NCBI GenBank assembly: GCA_964016885.1
Contig: OZ024741.1
Span: 230,454,001 to 230,518,000 of the forward strand
DNA from: Eledone cirrhosa
Lineage: Eukaryota
Direction of reading: 5' to 3'
DNA: 64,000 bases
The position numbers and the translations under genes are program-made. This document shows positions 62,330-64,000 of the stretch, in pieces. The notes under the pieces are model-generated. The model was not told the DNA's origin and ran no database searches. It worked only from the letters and a program-made list of their open reading frames with translations. Numbering within the stretch: the stretch's first letter is position 1; each line of letters opens with the position of its first letter.

Positions 62330-64000
62330 TTGGAATCTCTGATGTCAGCTTTGATGGATCTTGGGAATATTTTAAAACCCATCTGTATAGAGTTGAGGCT
62401 GCTGTAATTGGTATTAAGAAGACAAAACACAGATAAAGTTTTGAGGATAATGATGCTACATTCACCATGCTCTCCACAATGAAGAGAACAAGCTGAATGA
62501 TCAGTGGTTTTTGCCGAGGGCCCAGTAAGGACCACTATTGAGAGAGCCTCCAAAGGGTCAAATTCAAAACTGAAATGTAAAACAGGAAATATGAAGAATA
62601 ACTGCTGGTCTGATATTTCAGCAGAGATGCAGAGTGCTTATAACTGCAGAGACGTGAAAGCATTATACAGTACAATAAGGCACGTTTTGGTCCACAGCCC
62701 TCAACCATCGCACTATTGCAATCAAAAGATGGGAACGTCCTCATTAAGGATACAGCAGGAACCATAAATCGGTAGACAAACACTTTAAAAGGTCTTTTAG
62801 ACAACCCATCTATAGTTGAGGACGAAATCATCAATGGATGGCTGCAAAAGGACACTGTAACGGAGATGATGAATTATCCAACCATTGATGAGATAAGGTC
62901 TACTATCAAAGAGATAAACATAGGGAAAGGACCAAGTTTGGATGGAATACCTATTGAGCTGATCTACTTTGGAGGAGACAATGTTTGTATGGCCTTTCGT
63001 GGGCTAGTCTTATCTCTATGTACCACAAGAGTGGGTAGATATAATTTTGCATCTGATTTACAAAGGCAAGGTCACCAAGACCGAATAAGGTGATTATCGT
63101 GGTAAAAATCTGCTCGAGTCTGTAGGAAATGTCTTATTCCAGATCAAGCTGAATTGTCTGACAAAATGCATCTGCCCTAGTGTCATCCCTGAGACCTAGT
63201 GTGTATTTAGAGCTGGGTAGGTTACTATGTACATGATTTTCTCAGCCCGTCAGCTTATGGAGAAATATGTTGAGCATCACGTGCCAATATAACAAGTATT
63301 TCTTGACGTTACCAAAGTCTTCGGTACTGTTATTCGTAGTGCATTCTGGTTCATATTAGGAAAACATGAATGTATTTTGGGAGATATTCAAAATATTCCG
63401 TCAAAATATGAAAGCAAAAGTGAACTTCAATGGGACCCAGAGCCTGTTACTGTGGAAACCGACGTCAAGCAATGTGACATATCTGCATCTTCTCATTTCG
63501 CTATCTACTTTTCCCTGCTGCTGGCATATGTCTTCCAATAGTTCGAAATCGGTGTATACTTGCGAATTAAAACCGCTGGCAATGTATTTAATCTAAGATG
63601 GTTTAACACATTTGGCACTCCTGTTAGTAAAGTCTTGTATGATGATGCTGCAGATTTTGTGGCACACACGGTAGAGTATATGCAATTGATATGTGGACAA
63701 CTTCTCTAACGTATACACTGTTTAGGGAATACATTTTAGTATAAAAAAGAAAAAAGTCATGCACAACCCAACAGTTGGTGAAGTGTACGTGGAGTCAGAC
63801 ATTTTCGTGAGAGGATCAAACATCAGGTGGTGAACAGTTTTGTGTATCTTGGAAGTGCACTTAGTAGAGCTAGTACTCTTGATGTTGAAATAGATCACAG
63901 GATTGCGAAATCGAGTAGTGCCTTAGGGAAGCTTAAGAGGTGAGCTTGGTCAAATTAGGGTATCACAGGTAACACAAAAGTCTCTGTGTACGGGGTCTGT
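62330..64000 (+). mobile_element. Decayed RTE LINE, same family as 17850-20178, running off the window end
   Basis: Nucleotide similarity to 18170-19650; GKGPSLDGIPIEL and FVYLGSALSR motifs. Confidence 0.85.

Overview
This is AT-rich, microsatellite-dense eukaryotic DNA, not prokaryotic. Its repeat content (tRNA-headed Deu/Nin-domain SINEs, R4/Dong, RTE, Tx1 and Penelope elements embedded in (TA)n, (TACA)n and (AAT)n tracts) resembles an octopod cephalopod genome; this assignment is inferred, not database-verified. Most of the window is decayed retroelements. There are three R4/Dong families (10.9-15.1, 29.9-34.0 and 34.0-36.4 kb, plus fragments), a GC-rich CRE-clade 3' fragment with a poly(A) tail, a HERO relic, Tx1/L1, RTE and RTE-X copies, and several Penelope-like elements (Naiad- and Neptune-type). 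Most ORFs in the supplied track are microsatellite or antisense artefacts. Three things are not visible in that track. (1) Minus-strand splice-bounded phase-1 exons encode a signal-peptide-like leader and MEGF10-type EGF-like modules, so the window is probably intronic space of a secreted or receptor EGF-repeat gene. (2) At least eight hammerhead-ribozyme-like motifs sit in Penelope-type terminal repeats, some in ORF-less, terminally redundant units that resemble retrozymes. (3) There is a recurrent class of fold-back (inverted) duplications centred on or abutting (TA)n tracts. No rRNA, true tRNA gene or CRISPR array was found.
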